Part shown: piece by piece, positions 17,799 to 24,663 of the stretch | How the letters are laid out: each line of letters starts with the position of its first letter | How positions within the stretch are numbered: the stretch's first letter is position 1 | Source: Vicinamibacterales bacterium | GTDB taxonomy: Bacteria; Acidobacteriota; Vicinamibacteria; Vicinamibacterales; 2-12-FULL-66-21 | Direction: 5' to 3' | Assembly (NCBI GenBank): GCA_036258175.1 | Contig: DATAEE010000263.1 | Location: 1,489 to 65,488, forward strand | Length of the DNA: 64,000 nt | Program-made: the position numbers and the translations under genes | The notes under the pieces: generated by a model | What the model was told of the DNA's origin: nothing | Databases searched by the model: none | Seen by the model: the letters and a program-made list of their open reading frames with translations, nothing else

Positions 17799-20291
17799 AT
17801 GACGCGCAGAGTTCTCTTGATCCTTGTTCTGGCCAGCACAGCCGTTGGGTGCGCCGCGGGGCGCGCGTTCCGGCAGGGTGACGAAGCGGCGCGTCTCGGC
17901 GACTGGGACACGGCTGTCATCCACTACCGCCGTGCGGTCCAGGAGGCGCCCGATCGGCCGGATTACAAGATCCAGCTCGAACGGGCGATGCAGAATGCCG
18001 CTCTGACGCATCTCGCTGCCGCCTACGACCTCGAAGCGAAGGATCAGCTTGATCTGGCGCTGAAGGAATACCGGAAGGCTCTGGAATACGACTTGAGCAA
18101 TCGCATCGCCTCCGCGAAGGCGGCGGAGCTCGAACGGAAGATTCGCGACCGGGTCGAGGCGGCGCGGCCGAAACCCAAGATCGACGAATTGCGCGAAAAG
18201 GCGCGTCAGCTCGGGCAGGAGCCAATCCTGAACCCGGCGCGGCGCGAGCCGCTAAAGGTCGTGTTCAACAACGCCAGCGTCCGCGACATCCTGAACTCGA
18301 TGGGGAGCACCGCGGGTATCAACGTCATCTACGATCAGCAGGCGGAGTCAGCGGTCAACCGCGGGTTCACCGTCAATCTCGAGGGCGTGACGCTCGAAGA
18401 GGCGCTCAACCAGGTCCTCACCGCGAACGGTCTTTTCTACAAAGTCGTCAATCCGCGCACTATCATCGTCATTCCGGATATCCCCGCGAAGCGCGCGCAG
18501 TACGAAGAGCTGGTCATCAAGACCTTCTTCCTCTCTCACGCAGACGCGACCGAGCTGACGACGATGATCAATCAGGTCGCGCGGCTGCCCGGGAGCCAGC
18601 CGGCGGTGATGGCGAACAAGACCGCCAACACGATCACGATCCGGACGACCGCGGCGCTCGCCGCGGTCATCGAGCGGGTTATTCGGGCCAACGACAAGCC
18701 GCGAGCTGAGATCCTGCTCGACGTCGAGATTCTCGAAGTCAACCGGACGCGCCTGAAGGAGTACGGGCTCAATCTGAGCAACTATTCGGTGAACCTGTTC
18801 TTCTCGCCCGAGCAGCCGCCGTCCACTGCGGGCGGCGTGACATCGACTCCACCGTTCAACCTCAATACGATCACGCAGGGCATCAGCACCGCCGACTTCT
18901 ACCTCGCGGTGCCGACTGCAGTCGTCCGGTTTCTCGAGACCGACTCGAACACGCGGATTCTCGCCAAGCCGCAGCTGCGCGGCGCCGAAGGGCAGAAGCT
19001 CACGCTGAACCTAGGTCAACAGGTGCCCGTGCTCTCGACGGTCTTCGGGGCCGCGGCAGCTGGCGGATTTGCGACGATTCCGCAGTCCTCGTTCAATTAC
19101 CGCGACGTCGGCGTCAACCTCGAGATGGAGCCCCGCGTCTCTTACGAGGGCGAGATCATCCTGACGCTCGGCATCGAAGTCAGCGCGCTCGGACCGAACA
19201 TCGAAGTCGCGGGCCAAAACGTCCCGTCGTTCCAGACGCGGCGCGTGTCGACGCGACTCCGGCTGCGCGAAGGGGAGTCGAACCTGCTCGCCGGACTGAT
19301 CCAGCAGAACGAGCGCAAATCGATCAGCGGTTTCCCGGGGCTGATTCGCGTCCCGGTCTTCAAACAGCTCTTCTCGGGCAACCGGAACGAGTCCGAGGAA
19401 AACGACATCGTCATGCTCATCACGCCGCACATCGTGCGGACGCACGAGCTGACCGCGGAAGACCTTGCGCCGATCTTCATCGGCACGCAAGGAAACATCG
19501 GTTTGGGCGGGCCGCCGCCACTTATCGCTCCGCAGCCGATCCCAGAAGAACCGGAATCGAGGATCGATCCCGGCCCAGGCGTCACGCAGCAGCCTGGCAC
19601 GCGTCTGGGCGTGCCGGTCGGGCCGGAGGCCGGGGCAACGCCCGGTGGTGTGCCGCAAACCTCGAGGCCGGGCGTTCCGCCGGGTACGGCACCCACGCCG
19701 GGGCAGCTGCCTCCTGTGGCTCCGGTGGCTCCGCCTGGGGCCGCGCCTGCGACGCCCGCCGTTCCGCCGCCGGGCACCGAACAGCCGCCACCGGTTGCGC
19801 CGCCGGTTCCCTCACGCGAGCGGCCGCCACCGACCGCTCCTGCGACTCCTGAAGCTCCAGCCCCGGCGCCGTCGGCGGCGGCGCAGGTGATCGTGACGCC
19901 TCCGGGCACCGAATTCCGCGTAGCTGGCGGACCGTACACGGTGCCGATTTCGATTAACGGCGTGGCGCGAGCCTCGACGGCGACGATTACGCTGACCTTC
20001 AATTCGTCGACGGTTCGCGCGCGAAACGCCCAGGAGGGCAGTTTCATGCGGCAGGGTGGCGTCGCGACGAGCTTCACGCCACGCGTAGACGCCGTCTCCG
20101 GGCGAGTCGATATCGTGATCACGCGCCTGAGCGATGCGACGGGCGCATCAGGGTCTGGTCTTCTGGCCGCAGTGATCTTCGACGCGATCGCGCCGGGCAG
20201 CACCACGTTTACCGTCAGCGGTTTGGCGACCACGCCGGAAGGCGGGACGATTCCGCTGCAGTTCAGCCCGGTCACGGTGACCATACGATGA
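17799..20291 (+). CDS. Secretin (GspD/PilQ family) with N-terminal lipobox + TPR module and C-terminal Pro-rich linker + cohesin-like domain
   Basis: AAGGAA precedes ATG 17799. MTRRVLLILVLASTAVGCAAG, then TPR (GDWDTAVIHYRRAVQEAPDRPDY...). N0/N1 domains (VRDILNSMGSTAGINVIYD; KTFFLSHADATELTTMI). Secretin core (ILAKPQLRGAEGQKLTLNLGQQVPV...GFPGLIRVPVFKQLFS...IVMLITPHIV). About 125 aa of P/A-rich linker, then VIVTPPGTEFRVAGGPYTVPISINGVARASTATITLTFNSSTV... Confidence 0.85.
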   Translation: MTRRVLLILVLASTAVGCAAGRAFRQGDEAARLGDWDTAVIHYRRAVQEAPDRPDYKIQLERAMQNAALTHLAAAYDLEAKDQLDLALKEYRKALEYDLSNRIASAKAAELERKIRDRVEAARPKPKIDELREKARQLGQEPILNPARREPLKVVFNNASVRDILNSMGSTAGINVIYDQQAESAVNRGFTVNLEGVTLEEALNQVLTANGLFYKVVNPRTIIVIPDIPAKRAQYEELVIKTFFLSHADATELTTMINQVARLPGSQPAVMANKTANTITIRTTAALAAVIERVIRANDKPRAEILLDVEILEVNRTRLKEYGLNLSNYSVNLFFSPEQPPSTAGGVTSTPPFNLNTITQGISTADFYLAVPTAVVRFLETDSNTRILAKPQLRGAEGQKLTLNLGQQVPVLSTVFGAAAAGGFATIPQSSFNYRDVGVNLEMEPRVSYEGEIILTLGIEVSALGPNIEVAGQNVPSFQTRRVSTRLRLREGESNLLAGLIQQNERKSISGFPGLIRVPVFKQLFSGNRNESEENDIVMLITPHIVRTHELTAEDLAPIFIGTQGNIGLGGPPPLIAPQPIPEEPESRIDPGPGVTQQPGTRLGVPVGPEAGATPGGVPQTSRPGVPPGTAPTPGQLPPVAPVAPPGAAPATPAVPPPGTEQPPPVAPPVPSRERPPPTAPATPEAPAPAPSAAAQVIVTPPGTEFRVAGGPYTVPISINGVARASTATITLTFNSSTVRARNAQEGSFMRQGGVATSFTPRVDAVSGRVDIVITRLSDATGASGSGLLAAVIFDAIAPGSTTFTVSGLATTPEGGTIPLQFSPVTVTIR

Positions 20292-20881
20292 TCCGCCAGG
20301 TGCCTCGTGCTTCGTGGTTCGTGCCTCGGGCAGTGCCTCGTGCGCCGTTCCTCGTCCGAGGTCCGAGGTCCGAGGTACGGCCCGAGACCCGAGACCCGAG
20401 GCCCGAGGCACGTACTGCGTTCGAGCACGGTTATACCTTCATTGAGCTGCTGGTCGTCGCGACGATCCTGTTGATCCTCGCGTCGGCGGCAATGCCGCTG
20501 ACGCGCGTGACGGTTCAGCGCACGAAAGAGGCGGAGCTGCGGCGCGTCCTGCGCGAGATGCGCACGGCGATCGACAAGTACAAGGACGCCGTCGATACCG
20601 GGCTCATCTCGAATCTCGACGTGCGCGCTGGCAGCGAAGGATATCCGCCAGACCTCGAGACGCTCGTGGAAGGTGTCACGGTTGCGAACGATGCATCGGG
20701 GCGCAAGCTCAAGTTCCTCCGTCGGATTCCGATCGACCCGTTGACGGGCGAGGCGGAGTGGGGGTTACGCGCGTATCAGGATCGGCCCGACTCCATGTCC
20801 TGGGGCGGGTCGAACGTGTACGACGTCTATTCGCTTGCCGCCGGAGTCGGGTTGGACGGAACGAAATACAGGGATTGGTAG
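20288..20881 (+). CDS. GspG-like pseudopilin / prepilin with an unusually long Arg/Pro-rich leader
   Basis: ATGA overlap with the secretin stop. Class III signal ...AFEHG|YTFIELLVVATILLILASAAMPL (Gly-1, Glu+5). GspG-type body AELRRVLREMRTAIDKYKD...YPPDLETLVEG...IPIDPLTGE...YDVYSLAAGVGLDGTKYRDW. The only in-frame starts (ATG 20288; GTG 20300, 20321, 20333) give 33-48-aa leaders. Confidence 0.75.
   Translation: MIRQVPRASWFVPRAVPRAPFLVRGPRSEVRPETRDPRPEARTAFEHGYTFIELLVVATILLILASAAMPLTRVTVQRTKEAELRRVLREMRTAIDKYKDAVDTGLISNLDVRAGSEGYPPDLETLVEGVTVANDASGRKLKFLRRIPIDPLTGEAEWGLRAYQDRPDSMSWGGSNVYDVYSLAAGVGLDGTKYRDW
20300..20411. repeat. Run of 16 consecutive heptamers forming an imperfect inverted repeat
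   Basis: GTGCCTC GTGCTTC GTGGTTC GTGCCTC GGGCAGT GCCTCGT GCGCCGT TCCTCGT | CCGAGGT x3, ACGGCCC, GAGACCC x2, GAGGCCC, GAGGCAC. The outer 8 bp, GTGCCTCG and CGAGGCAC, are perfectly complementary. CCTCG units in the left arm pair with CGAGG units in the right arm. Confidence 0.7.
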
Positions 20882-20887
20882 CTGGTT

Positions 20888-21280
20888 ATGAAGCGCAGCA
20901 ACTCGCGCGGATGGACGCTTATCGAGCTCCTGATCGTGATCTCACTGATCTCGATCCTCGCGACCATCGGGCTGGCGAGCTATCGCAACTCGGTGACCGC
21001 CTCCAAAGAAGCGATTCTGAAGACGGATCTGTTCCGTATGCGCGACGCGATCGATCAGTATTACGCGGACAAAGGGGAGTACCCGGCATCGCTCGACGCG
21101 CTCGTCAGTGAAGGCTACTTGCGAAAGATCCCCGACGATCCGTTCACGCGTGCCGCGGATTGGCAGACACTTCCGGCCGAGCCGAACCCGAGCAAGCCCA
21201 CGGCCGAGCCTGGCGTCTACGATGTGAAGAGCAGCTCCTCAGACACCGCGCTCGACGGTTCCCGCTACGCTGACTGGTAA
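20888..21280 (+). CDS. GspG-like pseudopilin / prepilin (canonical short leader)
   Basis: MKRSNSRG|WTLIELLIVISLISILATIGLASY (Gly-1, Glu+5). KEAILKTDLFRMRDAIDQYYADKGEYPASLDALVSEGYLRKIPDDPF...DGSRYADW. Confidence 0.85.
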   Translation: MKRSNSRGWTLIELLIVISLISILATIGLASYRNSVTASKEAILKTDLFRMRDAIDQYYADKGEYPASLDALVSEGYLRKIPDDPFTRAADWQTLPAEPNPSKPTAEPGVYDVKSSSSDTALDGSRYADW

Positions 21281-21292
21281 TCCTCAATTGTC

Positions 21293-21310
21293 ACCAGGCT
21301 TTAGCCTGGT
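21293..21310. terminator. Hairpin between convergent genes (possible bidirectional terminator)
   Basis: ACCAGGC-TTTA-GCCTGGT is a perfect 7-bp stem with a 4-nt loop, placed 13 nt after the pseudopilin stop and 5 nt before the stop of the minus-strand PKD gene. No clear U-tract. Confidence 0.4.
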
Positions 21311-21314
21311 CTCG

Positions 21315-22348
21315 TCACGGGCACGTCCCGCTCGTCGGCCGCACTGTTACGGTGCGGGTTGCTACAGCCTCTTCCCCCGTCGTCGTAGTCACACGCACCC
21401 GCGCGGTTCTCGTACCCGTGTTCTCGTACGTATGGACGATGCGGTCCGAGACGGTTGAGGGCGGATCGAACGTGCCGTCGCCTTCGAAATCCCAATCATG
21501 CGTGAGCGGCCGGCCTGTGACATTCGACGACACGGCCCTGAACGTTATCGGCGCGCCGAGCAGCACGCACTCTGGCGTCGCGGTCAACGTGACCGTGAAT
21601 GGCACGGCGGGGAGAACGGTCACAACGGCGCTTGCCGTTCCGGTCACGCCTGCCGTCACTGAATGCGCGCGCACGGAGACAGTCTTCACCCCTGCGGTGT
21701 CGAACACAACACTGTGCGCGTTCGGCCTCGAGAGGAGTTCGAAATTCCCATCGCCGTCTTCATCCCAGTCGAACGACACGATTTGACCGGCGCCGTTCGC
21801 GGCGTGGCAGTCGCCGTGAAGACGAACGTCGTCTCGGTCGTTCCGGTTATGGGCGCGGCATCGAGCGTGACCTCGACGGAAGGCGCTGGCCGTGCTGGAG
21901 GAGGCACTGTTGGAGCGGGGACCGGCGTGGGCGGCGGCGGCGCTGGCGGCACAGGGTGAGGCACACCGCCAGGCGGCACATCCACGCTGACGGGTCGCTC
22001 GACGATGAGGCCTGGCGCCGTCGCCCGGATGATTGTGGACGTCGACAGAAACAGCCGCTGCGCGAACTCACCGTCTTCGTCGAGTTCCACAGGGTTCGGC
22101 GTCTCGCGCCCGTCGTTCACCAGCACAAGCCGCACGGCATCCGGCGCCACACGCATGCCGACATCGGTCGTTGCGCGCAGTTCGATATTGACTGGGTCGG
22201 CAGCGGGCAATCGATCCGGCGTTGCGTTCAGCGTGAGTGAGCGAACCGGGCCGAACTGATCAGTCGGCGGCGTCGGCCCATCGTCGCATCCCAGGCTGAT
22301 GAGGACCGAGAGGAGGCCGACGCCGCCGACGACTCTGGTTATCGCCAT
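21315..22348 (-). pseudogene. PKD-domain (lipo)protein interrupted by a 1-nt frameshift near 21797-21803 (true pseudogene or assembly error)
   Basis: ORF 21686..22348 (MAITRVVGGVGLLSVLISLGCDD..., Pro-rich linker, ...TTFVFTATATP) loses sense exactly where ORF 21315..21779, read in the -1 frame, continues the same PKD domain (ANGAGQIVSFDWDEDGDGNFE...). A second PKD domain follows (THDWDFEGDGTFD...IVHTYENTGTRTARVRV). Total length 1034 nt, not a multiple of 3. Confidence 0.6.
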
Positions 22349-22390
22349 GGCCGCTCCGGTTCATGCGAGAGCCGGGCCATGCGAGCACGT

Positions 22391-22426
22391 GATGCGGCGC
22401 TCGACGGATCGCGCTACGCGGATTGG
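22391..22426 (+). pseudogene. 36-nt relic of a pseudopilin 3-prime end in an intergenic gap
   Basis: gat gcg gcg ctc gac gga tcg cgc tac gcg gat tgg (DAALDGSRYADW) compared with 21242..21277 of the second pseudopilin (DTALDGSRYADW). 29/36 nt identical, 11/12 codons encode the same residue, and 5 of the 6 differing codons are synonymous. The stop is replaced by CAG. Confidence 0.4.
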
Positions 22427-22429
22427 CAG

Positions 22430-23743
22430 CTACCGGATGCTGCCCGTCGCCGTTACGTTGACACTCGCCTGACCCGTCCCTGTGGGCCCGGCCGCTTGGG
22501 TTACAACGACAGTAATCGTAAATGTGCCAATGGTCGTGTAGACCTTCGATGTCTGGTTCCCCGTAGTGGTAGCCGTTGTCCCGTCGCCGAAGTTCCAATC
22601 GTAGCGCACGATCGTCGAAGTCGCCCCGCTGACGATTGCGGTCAGGTTGACCTGTTGATTGATCGCCGGAACCGCGTCGGAGACATTAACAACCACGCCT
22701 GGCGGTTGCCCCGGCAGGATCGTAATGTCGGTCGCTACGGTCTCCTGATCGCCTGTCGACTGCGTCGCGGTCGCGCTGACTTCGTACGTGCCTGCGACCC
22801 GATACGTGTGTTGAATCGTGGTCGAACCGCTGATCGCTCCGAGCGACCGAGCCTCGCCGTCCCCGAAATCAATGCGGACATTTGTGATGTTCGCCGTCGC
22901 GGCGACCGCGACGGTGAACGTCGCCGGCAGCCCTTCTGACGGCGGGGTCGCTGGCCCGGTAAGTGTCAGCCCGCTGCGCGGGCGCAAGCTGACCGTGATC
23001 TTACCTTCTGCAGCGCCGGATCGCGCCACGACATCCGCACTCGCATTCGCCTGCAGTGTCGCGACGGCGATTCCATTGTTGTCCGTATTGGCAGTCGATG
23101 GCGTGATGTTGCCCGCCGTCGTGCTGAACGTTACAGGCGCGCCGGAGACCACCGAGCCTTCTGCGTCCTCGACTCGCGCGGAAATCTGACTCGTACCTCC
23201 GACGGCGGGAAGCTGCGCCGGACTCGCTGAAAGAATGACTCTCGATGACGCGGCAGAACCAACCCTGATCGCGAGGCTCGCGGATCGGGCGCCGCCGGAG
23301 AACGCAACCACGGTCGCGGTTCCAGATTGACCAGTCGACGTGAGCCGAACGCTCGCCTGCCCGTTGTGTGTGCGCGCCTCCGCAGGCTCCAGACGTCCCA
23401 GCGTCGTCGTAAACGTGATGACAGTGCCGTTGTGGACTGGGGTGCCGGTGCCGGGCGTGCCAGGCGTTGGCGTCGGAGTCGTCGGAGTCGTCGGTGTGCC
23501 GGGCGTAGGAGGCGTCGGAGTCGGAGTTGTCGGTGTGCTCGGAGCGGCTCCAGCCTCGATGGCAATCGCCGTTATATCCACAGAGCCGTTCAGCGGCAGA
23601 ACCATGCTCGTCGAGAACAACGAGATGACGGTGCCTTGCGGCGCCAAAAGGGGCAGCTTGTCGCAGGAGCCGCTCGCGATTGCTCCGAGGGCTGCGACGA
23701 CGGCAAGCGCCAGACGGCTGCGAAGGCGTGCGTGTGCTACCAT
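22430..23743 (-). CDS. Exported Big_1 (invasin-like Ig) + 2x PKD domain protein with Pro/Thr linker
   Basis: MVAHARLRSRLALAVVAALGAIASGSC signal. PTPTPPTPGTPTTPTTPTPTPGTPGTGTP linker. Big_1-like segments (NGQASVRLTSTGQSGTATVVAFSG; NNGIAVATLQANAS). PKD motifs (VRIDFGDGEA...HTYRVAGTYEV; VRYDWNFGDGTT...KVYTTIGTFTITV). Alternative ATG at 23770. Confidence 0.75.
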   Translation of the reverse strand: MVAHARLRSRLALAVVAALGAIASGSCDKLPLLAPQGTVISLFSTSMVLPLNGSVDITAIAIEAGAAPSTPTTPTPTPPTPGTPTTPTTPTPTPGTPGTGTPVHNGTVITFTTTLGRLEPAEARTHNGQASVRLTSTGQSGTATVVAFSGGARSASLAIRVGSAASSRVILSASPAQLPAVGGTSQISARVEDAEGSVVSGAPVTFSTTAGNITPSTANTDNNGIAVATLQANASADVVARSGAAEGKITVSLRPRSGLTLTGPATPPSEGLPATFTVAVAATANITNVRIDFGDGEARSLGAISGSTTIQHTYRVAGTYEVSATATQSTGDQETVATDITILPGQPPGVVVNVSDAVPAINQQVNLTAIVSGATSTIVRYDWNFGDGTTATTTGNQTSKVYTTIGTFTITVVVTQAAGPTGTGQASVNVTATGSIR

Positions 23744-23768
23744 GGATACTCTTAAGATATTACGGTCC

Positions 23769-24557
23769 ATGTACTTACGAGGTCAAGCACGGAGAGCGGC
23801 GGGTTCCAGGACGCGCAGGAATCCGGCCGGCTACGCGATGGCGGCCTTGCTGGTCGCGATCGCCGTGCTGACCATCATGTTGTCGGTCGCGATGCCCGTT
23901 TGGCGCCATGAAATGCAGCGAGAACGGGAAGCCGAGCTCGTATTCCGAGGCGAGCAGTACGTCCGCGCGATTGACCTGTTTCAGCGCAAGTACGCCGGCG
24001 CTTTGCCGCCGACAATCGATCTCCTTGTCACCGAGCGCTTTCTTCGGAAGAAGTACAAGGACCCGATGACTGAGGACGGTGAGTTCCGGGTCATCGCCGC
24101 CGGTGCGCAACAACAGCCCGGATCGCCGCAGCCGGGCGGACCCGATGCTCCCCCGGGCCAGCAGCCTCAGCTGCGCGCGACGGTTCAACCGCCCACGTCG
24201 GCGTTCGGACAGAACCGACCTGGTGCGCAACCGTCGGTCGGCGCGGGCATCATTGGCGTCGCGAGCAAGAGCAAGGAAAAGTCGATTCGGCTCTACAAGG
24301 GCCGGAGCAAATACGACGAGTGGCAATTCATCTTTGCCAGCATCGGCGCGCGTCCGGGCGCGCCGGGCCAACAGCCGAATCGGCCTGGACAGCAAAACCT
24401 GCCTGGCATACGTCCCGGTTTTCCGCGTCCCGGTCAAGGACAGCCCGGCATGCCGGGACAACCCGGACCGGGAGATCCGCTGCGGCGTCGTCCAGGCATG
24501 AATCCGCCGGTCGTCAAGCCCGGAACCTCGGGCACGGGTCAACGTCCTCCCGGCTAG
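23769..24557 (+). CDS. Atypical GspG-like pseudopilin lacking Glu+5, with Gly/Pro/Gln-rich insert and tail
   Basis: MYLRGQARRAAGSRTRRNPAG|YAMAALLVAIAVLTIMLSVAMPVW, then REAELVFRGEQYVRAIDLFQRKYAGALPPTIDLLVTERFLRKKYKDPMT and YKGRSKYDEWQF (parallels the DGxxYxDW ends of the other two). The C-terminal ~70 aa is PGQ-rich. Alternative ATG at 23742. Confidence 0.55.
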   Translation: MYLRGQARRAAGSRTRRNPAGYAMAALLVAIAVLTIMLSVAMPVWRHEMQREREAELVFRGEQYVRAIDLFQRKYAGALPPTIDLLVTERFLRKKYKDPMTEDGEFRVIAAGAQQQPGSPQPGGPDAPPGQQPQLRATVQPPTSAFGQNRPGAQPSVGAGIIGVASKSKEKSIRLYKGRSKYDEWQFIFASIGARPGAPGQQPNRPGQQNLPGIRPGFPRPGQGQPGMPGQPGPGDPLRRRPGMNPPVVKPGTSGTGQRPPG

Positions 24558-24625
24558 TCTCATCGTTCTTGTTAGGACGGGGGTCGAGCTGCTACGGCCG
24601 CCTCCGCGACAAACTTTCGACGGTC

Positions 24626-24648
24626 GCTTCGGCGAGCCCCGCCGAAGC
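24626..24648. terminator. Hairpin between convergent genes
   Basis: GCTTCGGCG-AGCCC-CGCCGAAGC is a perfect 9-bp stem with a 5-nt loop, between the pseudopilin-like gene (end 24557) and the symporter (end 24664). Confidence 0.4.
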
Positions 24649-24663
24649 CTTGGCGATGGCGGC

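Noticed and set aside
20300-20411. Heptamer repeat tract as a CRISPR array or mobile-element end
   Set aside because: The units are 7 bp with no spacers. There are no cas genes, transposase or target-site duplication. The tract is in-frame inside a pseudopilin leader.
19142-20428. 428-aa minus-strand ORF
   Set aside because: It is antisense to the secretin core and Pro-rich linker. It is Ser/Gly/Pro/Arg low complexity with no domain pattern.
22379-22939. 186-aa plus-strand ORF beginning MRARDAALDGSRYADW
   Set aside because: Beyond the first ~16 codons (the pseudopilin relic) it is antisense to the PKD/Big protein gene and is Arg-rich nonsense. I treated it as a relic, not a gene.
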